Positions 19,041-27,625 of a DNA stretch of 64,000 nucleotides are shown one piece after another. The DNA lies in the NCBI GenBank assembly GCA_005883615.1, contig VBEC01000019.1, forward strand, positions 45,032 through 109,031, read 5' to 3'. A model generated the notes under the pieces. That model saw nothing but the letters and a program-made list of their open reading frames with translations, made no database searches and was not told the origin of the DNA. This DNA is from Chloroflexota bacterium (GTDB lineage: Bacteria; Chloroflexota; Limnocylindria; Limnocylindrales; CSP1-4). A program made the position numbers and the translations under genes. Within the stretch, counting starts at the first letter, position 1; each line of letters begins with the position of its first letter.

Positions 19041-19180
19041 CGGTGGCGCAATCGTCCCTCCCGCGAGGTACTCAGGCCCGGCATGACGGGACGCGCGCGC
19101 GGGCGTCATGATCGCAGGGTACCCGCCCGGCGTTGCAGGGCCCCGCGTTTCCATGCATCGAGCGCCCCGGCTCGACCTCG

Positions 19181-20491
19181 ATGCGGCTGGCGGGGGTGGC
19201 CGGGTACGATGGGAGCCCACCGGTCGCCCGTCAACGTGGCCCGGGAGGGACTTCCGTGCGTCTCCGGTTCTCGATCTCCCGGCCCCCGGGGTTGCACTCG
19301 ACCCTCGCCTCGTTTCGAGTCCCGGGATATCCGGCATTCTGGGCCAGCAGCGCTGCAAGCGCGGTGGGCTGGTCGGCCAGCCTCGTGGCGATTGGCTGGA
19401 TCGCCCTGCAGGTGTCGAACTCGCCGTTCGCCGTCGGTGCCACGTTCGCCGCTCGCCTCGCGCCGGCGCTCCTGTTCGGCATCCCGTTTGGCGCATTGGG
19501 CGACCGTTTCAACCGGCGGGCGATGCTCGTGGCGGTCAACGTCCTTGGGACCGCATGCCTGCTGGGACTTGCTGCGGTTGCTCTGGCCGGGCGCCTCGGT
19601 CTCACGGAGATCATCGTCGCCAGCCTGCTGCTCGGGATGGTCGACACGCTTCGTGGAACAACAGCCCAATCGTATGCCTACGATCTGGCGGGCAACGAAG
19701 GCGCAACCAACGCGATCGCCCTCTCGAACCTCGGTGCCCAGCTCGTCGGAGCCGCCGGCGGCGCGATCGGCGGCCTCGTTCTGGACCGCCTCGGCTCGCC
19801 TGCCGCCTTTTCGGTGGCGGCTGCCGGATCTGCCATGGCGGCTTCGGTGCTGGCTGGTGCGGGTCGCGATCGGCTGGAGAGGGGCGGAGGCACTCGACTT
19901 GTGCCTGGAGGGCAAAGGTCGATGACCCTTATCCTTCGGAACCGCCCGGTGGCTTTGATCGCCCTCGCGGTCATCTTCGGAGAAGTCCTTGGCTTCTCGA
20001 GTCTGACTCTCTACCCGACCTTCGCGCGTGACATTCTGCGGGTGGACGCTACAGGCCTTGGGACGATGTCAGCCGCGCGAGCGCTTGGGGGAGTCTGCGG
20101 CGGCCTGCTCCTGGCCGCGAGCGGATTGCGCGATCGAGGCGGTGTGCTCCTGCTCGGGGCGACCGGTGTGTTCGGTCTCGGCATCCTCGGGTTCGCTCTC
20201 AGCGACATCTTCCTGGTGTCGCTTGGATTCCTCCTGATTATCGGTGCCGCAGGCTCCGCCCTCGACACACTCGGCCAGTCACTCATCCAACGCAACGTAG
20301 AGGACCGGGAGCGAGGCGCTGCGATGGGCGTCTGGTTCTTCGCCATCGGATTCGGGCCATTTGGCCACCTCGGGATGGGCGCTGCCGGCGCTGCCATCGG
20401 CGGGCCGGCAGCGCTGGCCGCCAGCGGCAGCCTGCTTCTCGCGGCGTGTCTCGGATTGGCGCGGATCACTGACCTCCGCCGTATTCGGTAG
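19181..20491 (+). CDS. MFS transporter
   Basis: About 12 predicted TM segments and an FGALGDRFNRR-type loop-2/3 motif. The start is uncertain; candidates are ATG 19181 or GTG 19257. Confidence 0.8.
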   Translation: MRLAGVAGYDGSPPVARQRGPGGTSVRLRFSISRPPGLHSTLASFRVPGYPAFWASSAASAVGWSASLVAIGWIALQVSNSPFAVGATFAARLAPALLFGIPFGALGDRFNRRAMLVAVNVLGTACLLGLAAVALAGRLGLTEIIVASLLLGMVDTLRGTTAQSYAYDLAGNEGATNAIALSNLGAQLVGAAGGAIGGLVLDRLGSPAAFSVAAAGSAMAASVLAGAGRDRLERGGGTRLVPGGQRSMTLILRNRPVALIALAVIFGEVLGFSSLTLYPTFARDILRVDATGLGTMSAARALGGVCGGLLLAASGLRDRGGVLLLGATGVFGLGILGFALSDIFLVSLGFLLIIGAAGSALDTLGQSLIQRNVEDRERGAAMGVWFFAIGFGPFGHLGMGAAGAAIGGPAALAASGSLLLAACLGLARITDLRRIR

Positions 20492-20592
20492 CGCTACCGT
20501 TGAGGTCATGCGGCCTCAGATCTCGGAGGCGAACTGCACGGGTCGCGAGATCGTGCTCCGTCGTCACGTTGACCCGCCCAAGTGGCGCTTGT

Positions 20593-20608
20593 ACATTGTC
20601 GACAATGT
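20593..20608. promoter_or_regulatory. 16-bp perfect palindrome ACATTGTCGACAATGT (operator-like; member of a recurring ATTGTCGACAAT motif family)
   Basis: Read directly in the sequence. It lies in the intergenic region between the MFS gene and the PPOX gene. Confidence 0.55.
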
Positions 20609-20689
20609 CGGCTGGCAAGGAGCGGCCATGGTTCGAGGGTGCCCTCGCCAATGGCAGCCTGCGGCGCCACCCGGACTGGCGGTCGCCCG

Positions 20690-21652
20690 ATGAACGCTGA
20701 TGGTCCGCCGCTCGTGCCCCGGAATGGCGACGACGGTGCAACGGTGGCTGATCCGTCGCCCGCCAAGGACATCGCCAGCCCCAGGCGAATGTTCCTGCGC
20801 AAGATGACAGCGGATGCGGTCCGCGCTGGTGGGCGCCTGGCCGGCTCAGCACGAATCATTCGACAGTCCGCAGCAGCCGCCGGCGAAACCTTGCTCCGCG
20901 AGCTCGAGCAGGTGCCGACGACGCCCCAGGAGCCCATCACCACCACCGGCGGGCCGGCCCTGCTCGAGTCCAGCGCCCCGGTCGGGGCGGATGCCCTGGA
21001 CGGGTTTGGTGCCTCGGTCGGGTTGGGTGCCCCGGTCGACCGTGCTCCGGGCATTAGTGCTCCGCGCGAGCCCATCAGTCCGACCGAGCCCATCAGTCCG
21101 ACCGAGCCCATCAGTCCGGCCGAGCCCGCCGACGACCCATCGCCACAGGACCTCCATGCAACTCGATCGCCGCAGTCAACGTTTCCGCCTCTCACACCAG
21201 CCCAGGTGGCCCTGCTCGAGAGCCGCAATCCGGTGGTTCTCGCGACGATCCAATCCGGCCGCGCCCCGCAACTGACCGCGAGCCCATTCCACTGGGATGG
21301 CCGAGTCTTCCGCATCAGTGCCCTGGACTGGACGGCGCGAACCCAGAACATCCAGATCGATCCGCGCGTGAGCCTGCTGATCGCCGATCCCTTCGGCGGA
21401 CTGTCGCTGTCGGTGACTGGTAGTGCGGCCGTCGCTGCCGGCCCATCGGCAAGGGACGACACGCTGCCGATCCTCCGGAAATACGCCGCCGATGAGTCCG
21501 AGGTCGCGTCCAGATGGGCGGAATTGAACGCCGACGAGGACCGGCTGGTCATCGTTGTGGTGCCCGAACGCATGCTCTGGCGGTTCGACGAACCGGCCTG
21601 GCGTTCGAGGGACACATCCGAGCCGCAAGGAGTTGATGGTGCCCAAGCCTAG
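20690..21652 (+). CDS. PPOX-class F420-dependent-like protein with a long Pro-rich N-terminal extension
   Basis: The C-terminal ~140 aa (NPVVLATIQSGRAPQLTASPFHWDGRVF ...) form a PPOX fold. The N-terminal ~170 aa are low-complexity and include (EPISPT)x3. The start is uncertain; a short form could start near 21200. Confidence 0.6.
   Translation: MNADGPPLVPRNGDDGATVADPSPAKDIASPRRMFLRKMTADAVRAGGRLAGSARIIRQSAAAAGETLLRELEQVPTTPQEPITTTGGPALLESSAPVGADALDGFGASVGLGAPVDRAPGISAPREPISPTEPISPTEPISPAEPADDPSPQDLHATRSPQSTFPPLTPAQVALLESRNPVVLATIQSGRAPQLTASPFHWDGRVFRISALDWTARTQNIQIDPRVSLLIADPFGGLSLSVTGSAAVAAGPSARDDTLPILRKYAADESEVASRWAELNADEDRLVIVVVPERMLWRFDEPAWRSRDTSEPQGVDGAQA
21068..21121. repeat. perfect 18-bp x3 tandem repeat GAGCCCATCAGTCCG(A/G)CC, encoding (EPISPT)2-EPISPA
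   Basis: Read directly in the sequence; it lies within coding sequence. Confidence 0.8.
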
Positions 21653-22049
21653 CCCGGAGCGGCAGGCCGAATTCCTGAAGACCATGCCCAACGCGGTTCT
21701 GGCAACGAACCGCTTGCGAGGCGGGCCGCAAGTCACTCCGAACTGGTACCTCTGGACCGGCGAGTCATTCCTTATCAGTACCGCGGCGTGGACGGCGAAA
21801 GTCAGGAACGTCTTGCGCGACCCCAACGTGAGCCTGTGCATTGACGATCCGGTGAGCGGCGACTACGTCGCGATCTACGGTCACGCCTCCGTGATCGACG
21901 GCGCGGCGGCTCAAGGTCCGACCCTGGAGCTCATTCGCAAATATCGCGCCGAGCCCGACGTCATCCCGCATTGGGACCGGATCAACGCCGATAATGACCG
22001 AGTCATCATCGCGGTCGATCCAGAACGGGTCCTCTGGCGGGACCACTGA
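21636..22049 (+). CDS. PPOX-class F420-dependent enzyme (TIGR03618-like)
   Basis: Starts MVPKPSPERQAEFLKTMPNAVLATNRLRGGPQVTPNWY. An SD (AAGGAG) is present, and the gene overlaps the upstream PPOX gene by 17 nt. Confidence 0.8.
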   Translation: MVPKPSPERQAEFLKTMPNAVLATNRLRGGPQVTPNWYLWTGESFLISTAAWTAKVRNVLRDPNVSLCIDDPVSGDYVAIYGHASVIDGAAAQGPTLELIRKYRAEPDVIPHWDRINADNDRVIIAVDPERVLWRDH

Positions 22050-22094
22050 TCAGGCCGTGGGCCGCGGTGCCACGGCGAGTTGGAGACAGGGCGG

Positions 22095-22718
22095 CTACTC
22101 CTCCGCCGCCCCGTCTCCGCTCTCTCCGGAGACCGGCCTGACACGGACCTCCGACAGGGCGACGTGGGCCGAACTCAGTGGCCGACCGAGCTTGGATACC
22201 CAGACGTCGTCAGGAAACGGTTCCCCGACCACGGGCCGGCCGTCAACGGTCATCGACGCCCGATGGGCTTCCACGAAGAGCGCCCAGATGTCTTCATCGG
22301 CCCGGAGGTCCGGCGCCGGGGCCATCATCCAGAACGGCGCGCTGGGCTCGATCCATCGAGCTTCCACCGTGTGCGCCTGCCAGCTGATCGCAAATCCAAA
22401 CCCGCTTGGACCGACATGGTGGCGCGTGAAGAGCGCCTCCACGGACGGCCCTCGGAGGTCGACCTCCGTGTGGCCCATGCGCGCCAGGCGCTCCTTCATC
22501 CGCGCGGCGACCTCGGGGGCGTCGGTCACGACCACGTTCAGGGAGGCCGCCGGATCATCGACCCGCAGGAATGCCACTTGGCCGGCACCCAGCGTCGCGC
22601 TGTAGGTGATGGCGTACAGGGACAGGAACGCTGACCGGCGGCCCGTGTCGTCTCGAAGCGTGATGACGAAGTGATCCCAGCCGTGAAGGACGGCTCCTGG
22701 ATGGATCGCCGCCGGCAT
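22095..22718 (-). CDS. hypothetical protein (possibly a VOC/glyoxalase-like fold)
   Basis: Its ATG at 22716-22718 is separated from the aminotransferase stop by one nucleotide, so the two are coupled. I could not assign a family confidently. Confidence 0.55.
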   Translation of the reverse strand: MPAAIHPGAVLHGWDHFVITLRDDTGRRSAFLSLYAITYSATLGAGQVAFLRVDDPAASLNVVVTDAPEVAARMKERLARMGHTEVDLRGPSVEALFTRHHVGPSGFGFAISWQAHTVEARWIEPSAPFWMMAPAPDLRADEDIWALFVEAHRASMTVDGRPVVGEPFPDDVWVSKLGRPLSSAHVALSEVRVRPVSGESGDGAAEE

Positions 22719-22719
22719 C

Positions 22720-24087
22720 TTAGAGGTCGAGCTCGCGGTCCAGCCGCGCGAAGGCGTCCGCGAGCCGTGCGCCCATCTCCACAATATGGGACGGCTGGAA
22801 CGTCAGGGGCGGATAGAGGCTGATGATGTCCCCGGCCGGGCGCCCACCGGGACCCTCGGCCATTCCCGTCCCGGGATAGGTCACGATGCCGGCCTGCAGC
22901 CCTGCCTCGCGGGCCTTTGCTGCGACCCGGGCCTCAGGTGGGAAGGGCCGGCGAGTCTCTCGATCCTCGACGAATTCGATCCCCGCCATGAAGCCGAGTG
23001 TCCGGACGTCGCCGACGAAGGGGAATCTCCTCAAAGGTTCGAGCGCGGCCGCGAAGCCCGGGCCGAGCTCGGCCACATGCTCGGTCAGTCGCTCGCGTTC
23101 CCACACGTCAACGACGGCGAGACCGGCGGCGGCAGACACTGGGTTGCCGCCGAAGGTGAAGATGTGCTCGAACGCGGCGCCCTGCTCCTCGAACGCGGCC
23201 CGGATTGGCGCCCGGATCGCGACGGCGCCGAGCGGCGCGTAGCCCCCGCTCATTCCCTTGCCCATGACCAGAAGGTCGGGGACCACCCCCCAGTGGTCGA
23301 CGGCGAAGTCCCGGCCGGTACGACCGAAGCCGGTGACGACCTCGTCGGCAATAAGCAAAACGCCGTGACGGTCGCAGATCTCGCGGATCATCGGCCAGTA
23401 CTCATCCACCGGCCAAATGGCGCCACCAACCGAGGCCACGACGGGCTCGGCGATGAACGCCGCGACCCGCTCCGGGCCGGCGGCACGGATGGCGGCGTCG
23501 AGCTCGGTCGCGCACGTGATGCCGCAGCTCGGATAGGTCAGTCCCCACGGACATCGGTAGCAGTAGCTCGGCGGGATGTGGGGCGTGTCCAGCAACAGGG
23601 GCTCGTAAACGCGCCGCCTGAGCTTGCTTCCGCCCACGGACAGCGTTCCCAGGGTGGCTCCGTGGTAGCTGGTCCAACGAGAGATGATGACCTGCCGCTC
23701 CGGAGCGCCCCTGATCACGTGATATTGGCGGGCGAGCTTGAGGGCCACCTCCACCGCTTCGGATCCACCCGACGTGAAATGCACCCAATCGAGGTCGCCC
23801 GGGGTCAGGGTGCCAATTCGCTCGGCAAGCCGGATGGCCGGCGCGTTCGAGAAGATGTTGCCGACCGCGTAGGGAAGTCGTGCCGCTTGTTCGGCCATTG
23901 CGTCGACGACCTCGCGTCGTCCGTAGCCGATCGTGGCAACCCCGATCCCGGCGATTGCATCGAGGTAGCGACGGCCCTCGGCATCCCAGACGTAAACGCC
24001 TTCGGCCCGGTCCAGCACTGGGTATTCCCGCGAAGGGTCGAGTGTGAAGAGGTGGCCTCGGGCTGCCCGTCTATTCGGCCCGGTCAT
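22720..24087 (-). CDS. class III (omega) aminotransferase
   Basis: LIADEVVTGFGRTG and the PLP-lysine region MGKGMSGGYAPLGA are present. I take the start at MTGPNRR. Confidence 0.9.
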   Translation of the reverse strand: MTGPNRRAARGHLFTLDPSREYPVLDRAEGVYVWDAEGRRYLDAIAGIGVATIGYGRREVVDAMAEQAARLPYAVGNIFSNAPAIRLAERIGTLTPGDLDWVHFTSGGSEAVEVALKLARQYHVIRGAPERQVIISRWTSYHGATLGTLSVGGSKLRRRVYEPLLLDTPHIPPSYCYRCPWGLTYPSCGITCATELDAAIRAAGPERVAAFIAEPVVASVGGAIWPVDEYWPMIREICDRHGVLLIADEVVTGFGRTGRDFAVDHWGVVPDLLVMGKGMSGGYAPLGAVAIRAPIRAAFEEQGAAFEHIFTFGGNPVSAAAGLAVVDVWERERLTEHVAELGPGFAAALEPLRRFPFVGDVRTLGFMAGIEFVEDRETRRPFPPEARVAAKAREAGLQAGIVTYPGTGMAEGPGGRPAGDIISLYPPLTFQPSHIVEMGARLADAFARLDRELDL

Positions 24088-24156
24088 CGATCGATCATTC
24101 CATCTCGATTGTCGAGAGTGCGGCAAGCGGGTGTCAACGCACCGCCAGGCTGCACG

Positions 24157-25218
24157 CTACTGGAATGGCAGAGGTACGGCCTGGCCGGTGGCCGCCGATC
24201 GGTCCGCAGCCATGACCATCTCGACCGCTGCGCGACCGTCGGCGCCTGTAACTGCGGGCGCTCGACCCGTTTCGATCGCCTGTGCGAAATCCTGGACCTG
24301 GGCCGAGAAGGCCTCCAACCGGTTCGGATCGAGATAGTCGCGCAGGAAGTCGAAGGGCGGCTGTTTCGCCACGACCTCCCAACCGCCCGCGCGTGCGAGC
24401 CTGACCTCGCCGTAGAGGTCGCAATCGATCATTCCGCGCGAACCCACCACCATTACTCCGTCGGCGGGCTCGAGCCCTGGTTCCGGTAGCTCGTACGTCA
24501 TCAGCACTTGTGCGAGCGCGCCGCTGGCGAACTCGTACGACACCACTGCCGTAAGGTCGGCCGGGGGCGCCTCACCGAACGTGTGATAACGGGCAAACGC
24601 AAGGACCGCCTCGCTCCCCGTGAACCAGCGCAGGATGTCGCTGGCATGGACCCCCCAGTCGAGGAACTGGGAGCCCTCCGCCGGGTCGAGCGCCCAGGGC
24701 TTGGCCGGGACGATAACCCGGCCCGCCTCGTCGAGGACGTCGTGCAGCAGGAACGACGTCCATGAACCACGAGATTGGATCAACCGGACGTCTCCGATCG
24801 CCCCATCGTCGATCAGGCGCTTGGCGGCACGGGGCGCGATGCGGAACCGCAGCACCTTGTTGACCGCGAGTTGGACGCCCGCGGATCGACATGCATCGAT
24901 CATGGCGTCGCAGCCCGAGATCGAGACCGACATTGGTTTCTCGGTATAGACGTGTTTGCCGGCTGCCGCGGCCGCCAGGGCCTGGGCCAGGTGCGCAGCG
25001 TGGGGCGAGGTCAGGATTACGGCATCGATATCGGGGCGGCCGAGGAGCCTCTCGACCGACGACTCGGCGTCCATCGCGAATTCGGCGGCGACCGAAGGTG
25101 CTCGGCGACCTCCGGCGATGGCGACCAATCGGCCATCGGCCACCTGGCCGATCGAAAGTCCGGCCGCATAGGTGCGTCCCATGTAGCCCGATCCGATGAT
25201 CCCAAATCCGACCGTCAC
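24157..25218 (-). CDS. Gfo/Idh/MocA family oxidoreductase
   Basis: GFGIIGSGYMG Rossmann motif and EKPMSVS motif. A GTG start is inferred at 25218 because there is no in-frame ATG. Confidence 0.85.
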   Translation of the reverse strand: MTVGFGIIGSGYMGRTYAAGLSIGQVADGRLVAIAGGRRAPSVAAEFAMDAESSVERLLGRPDIDAVILTSPHAAHLAQALAAAAAGKHVYTEKPMSVSISGCDAMIDACRSAGVQLAVNKVLRFRIAPRAAKRLIDDGAIGDVRLIQSRGSWTSFLLHDVLDEAGRVIVPAKPWALDPAEGSQFLDWGVHASDILRWFTGSEAVLAFARYHTFGEAPPADLTAVVSYEFASGALAQVLMTYELPEPGLEPADGVMVVGSRGMIDCDLYGEVRLARAGGWEVVAKQPPFDFLRDYLDPNRLEAFSAQVQDFAQAIETGRAPAVTGADGRAAVEMVMAADRSAATGQAVPLPFQ

Positions 25219-25328
25219 GGCATGACCTCGAGCGATGCGACATGTAGCGCTGACTCGCGCCAATGAGGCGAGCCATCTCGTTTCGTCGACAATAGGATGG
25301 CGACTGGACTCTTGTAGGGCGTGGTGAG

Positions 25329-26342
25329 ATGAGCGAAGGGCTCCGGATCGGGATCGTGGGGGCTGGCGGAATCGCCCGGGCCCGCCACGTCCCCGGCTTT
25401 CGGGCAATTCAGGACGTTGAGCTGGCCGGCGTCGTCAATCGGAGCGCGGAGTCCACCGCGGCCGCCGCGCGGGAGCTCAGCATCGCGCAGGCCTATCCCG
25501 ACTGGCGGGCCCTGGTCGCCGATCCGGCGATCGATGCAGTCCTGGTGGCCACCTGGCCGTACCTCCACGCACCGATCACTCTCGCGGCACTCGCTGCCGG
25601 CAAGCATGTCCTGACCCAGGCGCGTATGGCGATGAACGCCGACGAGGCGCGGTCGATGCTGCGCGCCAGCCTCGAACGGCCAGACCTGACTGCGATGGTC
25701 GTGCCCTCGCCGCTGAGCTTCTGGTGCGATGCGACCGTCGCGCGCCTGCTGGCGGACGGCGCCCTTGGCGAGCTCCGCCGAGTCGCGGTCGCCTGGGACA
25801 CGAGCGGCGAAGCGGAATCCTGGCGGCTGCAGCGGCGCTGGAGCGGCAACAATGTCATGGCCCTCGGGATCGTGTACGAATCGGTCGCCCGCTGGCTTGG
25901 TCACGCGGTCGCGGTGGCCGCGGTCGGTCGAATTCGCGATCCCGTTCGCCGGGTACCGGAGGGACACGTCGCTGCCGACGTGCCGGACAGCCTGGCCCTC
26001 CTCGTGGAATTTCCCGGTGGAGTCGACGCGACGTGGACGATGACCACCAACCTTGCTATGCCAGACGGCAATACCGTGCGCTTGATCGGCACGGCAGGCA
26101 GCCTGCTCGTCGACCTCGTCGGTCAAAGGCTGGAGCTCGTGCCCGCAGGCAGGACACCCGAGCCGATTTCCATCCCGGCTCACGAAGCTGCCGACTGGCG
26201 GGTGGAGGCGGAGTTCGTCGGGGCGATCCGCGGCGAAGAACAGGTCCGCTTCACCGACTTCGAAACCGGCTTTCGGTACATGGCATTCACGGACGCCGTG
26301 CACGCGTCCATCGCCGCGGGGTGCCGCGTGACCATTTCCTGA
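25329..26342 (+). CDS. Gfo/Idh/MocA family oxidoreductase
   Basis: Starts MSEGLRIGIVGAGGIA. It is divergent from the MocA gene at 24157. Confidence 0.9.
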   Translation: MSEGLRIGIVGAGGIARARHVPGFRAIQDVELAGVVNRSAESTAAAARELSIAQAYPDWRALVADPAIDAVLVATWPYLHAPITLAALAAGKHVLTQARMAMNADEARSMLRASLERPDLTAMVVPSPLSFWCDATVARLLADGALGELRRVAVAWDTSGEAESWRLQRRWSGNNVMALGIVYESVARWLGHAVAVAAVGRIRDPVRRVPEGHVAADVPDSLALLVEFPGGVDATWTMTTNLAMPDGNTVRLIGTAGSLLVDLVGQRLELVPAGRTPEPISIPAHEAADWRVEAEFVGAIRGEEQVRFTDFETGFRYMAFTDAVHASIAAGCRVTIS

Positions 26343-26449
26343 TCTCGCTTGCAACCGCCAAGGTCGTCACGGATGCGAGGACATCGAGCGCTCGAACGAG
26401 CAGACTTCCTGGAAACCAAGACGGTCATACATCTCGCGGCCCATCGTGG

Positions 26450-27625
26450 TCACTCGCCGGCTTCGCGCCTGGACATCGAGTCCGCGTGGGCACGGACGAA
26501 GGCCTCGTCGACATCCACGCCAAGACCAGGACCGCTCGGAATCGTCAGCCAGCCGTCCGCGGGAGCGAACGCATCCACGAGCAGCCGCTCGCGCCACGGG
26601 TTCTCGTCGACGCCAAACTCGAGCAGCGGGACCAGGCTGGCCGGCGAGGCCGTGGGATCGGGCGTGACGGCCAGGACCTGGAGGGCGGCGGCGATGCCGA
26701 TCGCCGAATTCGAGGTGTGCGGCATGCTGGCAATGCCGTAGATCCGCGCCAGGGCACCGACGAACACAGCCTCCCCGACACCACCGACGATCACCGGCTC
26801 GGGCTGGACCAGGTCGACCGCCCTGCGTGCCAGGAACTCGGCGGCTGCCGGCCGACTCATGAGCACCTCGCCACCCGAGAGCGTGATCTCGAGGGCTTCG
26901 GCAAGACGCTCGTACGCGGCGTAGCCACCCCATTGATTCAAGGGCTCCTCGAACCACAGGAACCCGAGATCTCCCAGGATCTTGCCCATCCGCACAGCCC
27001 CACCGAAGGTGTAGCCGGCGTTTCCGTCCGCCGCCAGATCCAGGCTCGACGAAAGGTCCCGGCGCAACCTCTCGAGGAGCGCCTTCTCCCTGGCGATCGG
27101 ATACCGCCCGATCCGCAGCTTCATGACGCCGAAGCCCGCCTCGACCACGGCGTTGGCCTCACGCGGCCAGGTCAGCTCCGGATCCTCTCCCTCCACATAC
27201 CCGCCTGACGCGGCATAAAGCTTCACGCGGTCGCGGACCGACCCGCCGTACAGGGTGGCGACCGAAACTCCCAGCTGACGGGCACGGAGGTCGTCCAGCG
27301 CGATGGCCAGCGCGGATCGCGCGTATGGGCCACCCCCAGCCCAGCGGACCTCCGCCTGGGTTCGCAGTATGTCGCCGGCTGGCCTGCCGAGCACGATGGG
27401 CGCAAGGTCTCGCAGGGTCTCGACAATGCCGGGTACGAGGTAACTCTCCCCCCATCCAACGACGCCGTCTCGGTCGGTCAGTTTGACCAGCACGTATTCG
27501 TGGCCGGAGGCCCACGCAATCGACGGTCCGCGACGCGGGCGGATGGGATGGCGAAGCGTAAACGTCTCGAGCCTGACCACAGATCGAGCGCTCGTGGGCG
27601 CCCGCAGCCGAACGTCAGTAGCCAC
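26450..27625 (-). CDS. mandelate racemase/muconate lactonizing enzyme (enolase superfamily) family dehydratase
   Basis: LVKLTDRDGVVGWGES capping-domain motif and a barrel carrying KLRIG, LAADGNAGYT and FEEP metal ligands. Confidence 0.9.
   Translation of the reverse strand: MATDVRLRAPTSARSVVRLETFTLRHPIRPRRGPSIAWASGHEYVLVKLTDRDGVVGWGESYLVPGIVETLRDLAPIVLGRPAGDILRTQAEVRWAGGGPYARSALAIALDDLRARQLGVSVATLYGGSVRDRVKLYAASGGYVEGEDPELTWPREANAVVEAGFGVMKLRIGRYPIAREKALLERLRRDLSSSLDLAADGNAGYTFGGAVRMGKILGDLGFLWFEEPLNQWGGYAAYERLAEALEITLSGGEVLMSRPAAAEFLARRAVDLVQPEPVIVGGVGEAVFVGALARIYGIASMPHTSNSAIGIAAALQVLAVTPDPTASPASLVPLLEFGVDENPWRERLLVDAFAPADGWLTIPSGPGLGVDVDEAFVRAHADSMSRREAGE

Noticed and set aside
21063-21127. 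Tandem repeat considered as a possible CRISPR or minisatellite locus
   Set aside because: There are only three 18-bp units with no spacers, and the repeat is in frame within a coding sequence. It is not a CRISPR array.
20506-21615. 369-aa minus-strand ORF overlapping the PPOX gene
   Set aside because: It is antisense to the PPOX-fold gene. The product is S/A/G-rich with no recognisable domain, and its length is an artefact of the GC-rich tandem repeat being open in several frames.
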